This document shows positions 63,110 to 64,000 of a DNA stretch of 64,000 nucleotides, piece after piece. The notes under the pieces were generated by a model. That model was given only the letters and a program-made list of their open reading frames with translations. It did not search any database and was not told where the DNA came from. Positions within the stretch are counted from its first letter, which is position 1. Every line of letters begins with the position of its first letter. Location: the NCBI GenBank assembly GCA_030265395.1, contig JARFYF010000029.1, positions 22,812,875 to 22,876,874 of the forward strand, read 5' to 3'. Both the position numbers and the translations under genes were made by a program. The stretch comes from Rhina ancylostomus (Eukaryota).

Positions 63110-63558
63110 ACTAGAATTATAGAATCATGTAGCATGGAAACAGGCCTCTTAGCCAACTTGTCCACACTGACCATTGGGCACCCTTCTGTGTTAATCCCAT
63201 TGCCCTCCTTGTATAAGCGATTCGTGTGCTCATCAAAACACTTCTCAAATGCTGTCAGTGACCCAGCTTCAATTACTCATTCATGTAGTGCATTCCAGGT
63301 ACTTACCACTCTTATCCCTTCTAAATTTCTTCCCCCTTACCCTAAACCTATGTCCTCTAGTTTTATCTACCTCTAATATGGAGGAAAGTTTCCTGCTGTC
63401 TACCCTATCTTCACCCCTCATAATTTTATATATGTCAATCAAGTCCTCTCTTAACCTTCTCCACTCCAGGGAGAACAGACCTAGCTTCTCCAGTCTCTCC
63501 TCATAACTGAACTGCTCCATCCCAGGCAACATCTTGGTGAATCTCCTCTGCACCTTCT
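63110..63558 (-). mobile_element. CR1 3' end
   Basis: QRRFTKMLPGME.FSYEERLEKLGLFSLEWRRLR.DLI.IYKIMRG. Confidence 0.92.
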
Positions 63559-63584
63559 TTACAAACGCAAAGAAAATGTTACCG

Positions 63585-63960
63585 AAGAGAATTTGATATT
63601 GTGTCCAGAAGGCTGCAATATGCCTAAATGTAACATGAGCTGTTCTTCAAGCTTGTATTGGGCTTTGTGATAGTTCATGCAGCCACAGACAGATTAGTCA
63701 GATTGGGAGTGGAACACAGGATTAAAGTGGCAAGTAACCAGAAGCTCACAATTACTCCTGCAGACTCAGTGCTAGTCTGGCACAAAGCAGCTGGCCAATC
63801 TGGCATCCTTAATTGGAAAGTAAATTCCAACGTAGAGGAGGTGGCATTGTGAATACTGCATGCAGTACAATAGATTGGGACAAGTGCAAGTGAATTATGG
63901 TTTCACCTGGAAAAATTGCTTGGGTCCCTGGATGGTGGGGGAGAGGTGAAAGGACAGATA
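63585..63960 (-). mobile_element. Penelope GIY-YIG endonuclease remnant
   Basis: Minus strand TIQGPKQFFQV..FTCTCPNLLYC..C.LLYVG.. and KLEEQL..GILQPSG.NI. Confidence 0.7.
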
Positions 63961-64000
63961 TTACAATTTCTTGTTCAATGTGAGGTTCAGCCAGATGAAT

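Noticed and set aside
1-64000. CRISPR array, operon or prokaryotic defence system
   Set aside because: The sequence is spliced vertebrate DNA. The recurring short repeats are dispersed retroelement fragments, not regularly spaced repeat-spacer units.

Overview
Vertebrate genomic DNA from a gapped draft assembly with many N runs. The repeat content (CR1, Penelope-like, V-SINE, Rex1, RTE, L2) and the proteins suggest a cartilaginous fish (inference). Two convergent genes match the conserved vertebrate KLHL42-PTHLH arrangement. KLHL42 (+) has 3 coding exons at 2513-8488 encoding 466 aa. PTHLH/PTHrP (-) has 2 coding exons at 28020-26741 encoding a 194-aa prepropeptide, plus a non-coding terminal 3'UTR exon at about 23.2-23.5 kb that no ORF track shows. 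The remaining 35 kb upstream of PTHLH has no recognisable gene and is rich in decayed retroelements. These include four copies of a Gypsy (sushi-like) LTR, two with clear 5-bp TSDs, and many Penelope pLTR fragments with hammerhead-ribozyme-like cores. I found no convincing wholly new biological system. The best leads are the conserved PTHLH 3'UTR exon, unusual PTHrP processing and receptor-selectivity residues, an LTR pair enclosing unrelated DNA, and candidate CTCF/GLI regulatory sites. Comparisons to human sequences are from memory and need alignment. Repeat boundaries are approximate unless stated.
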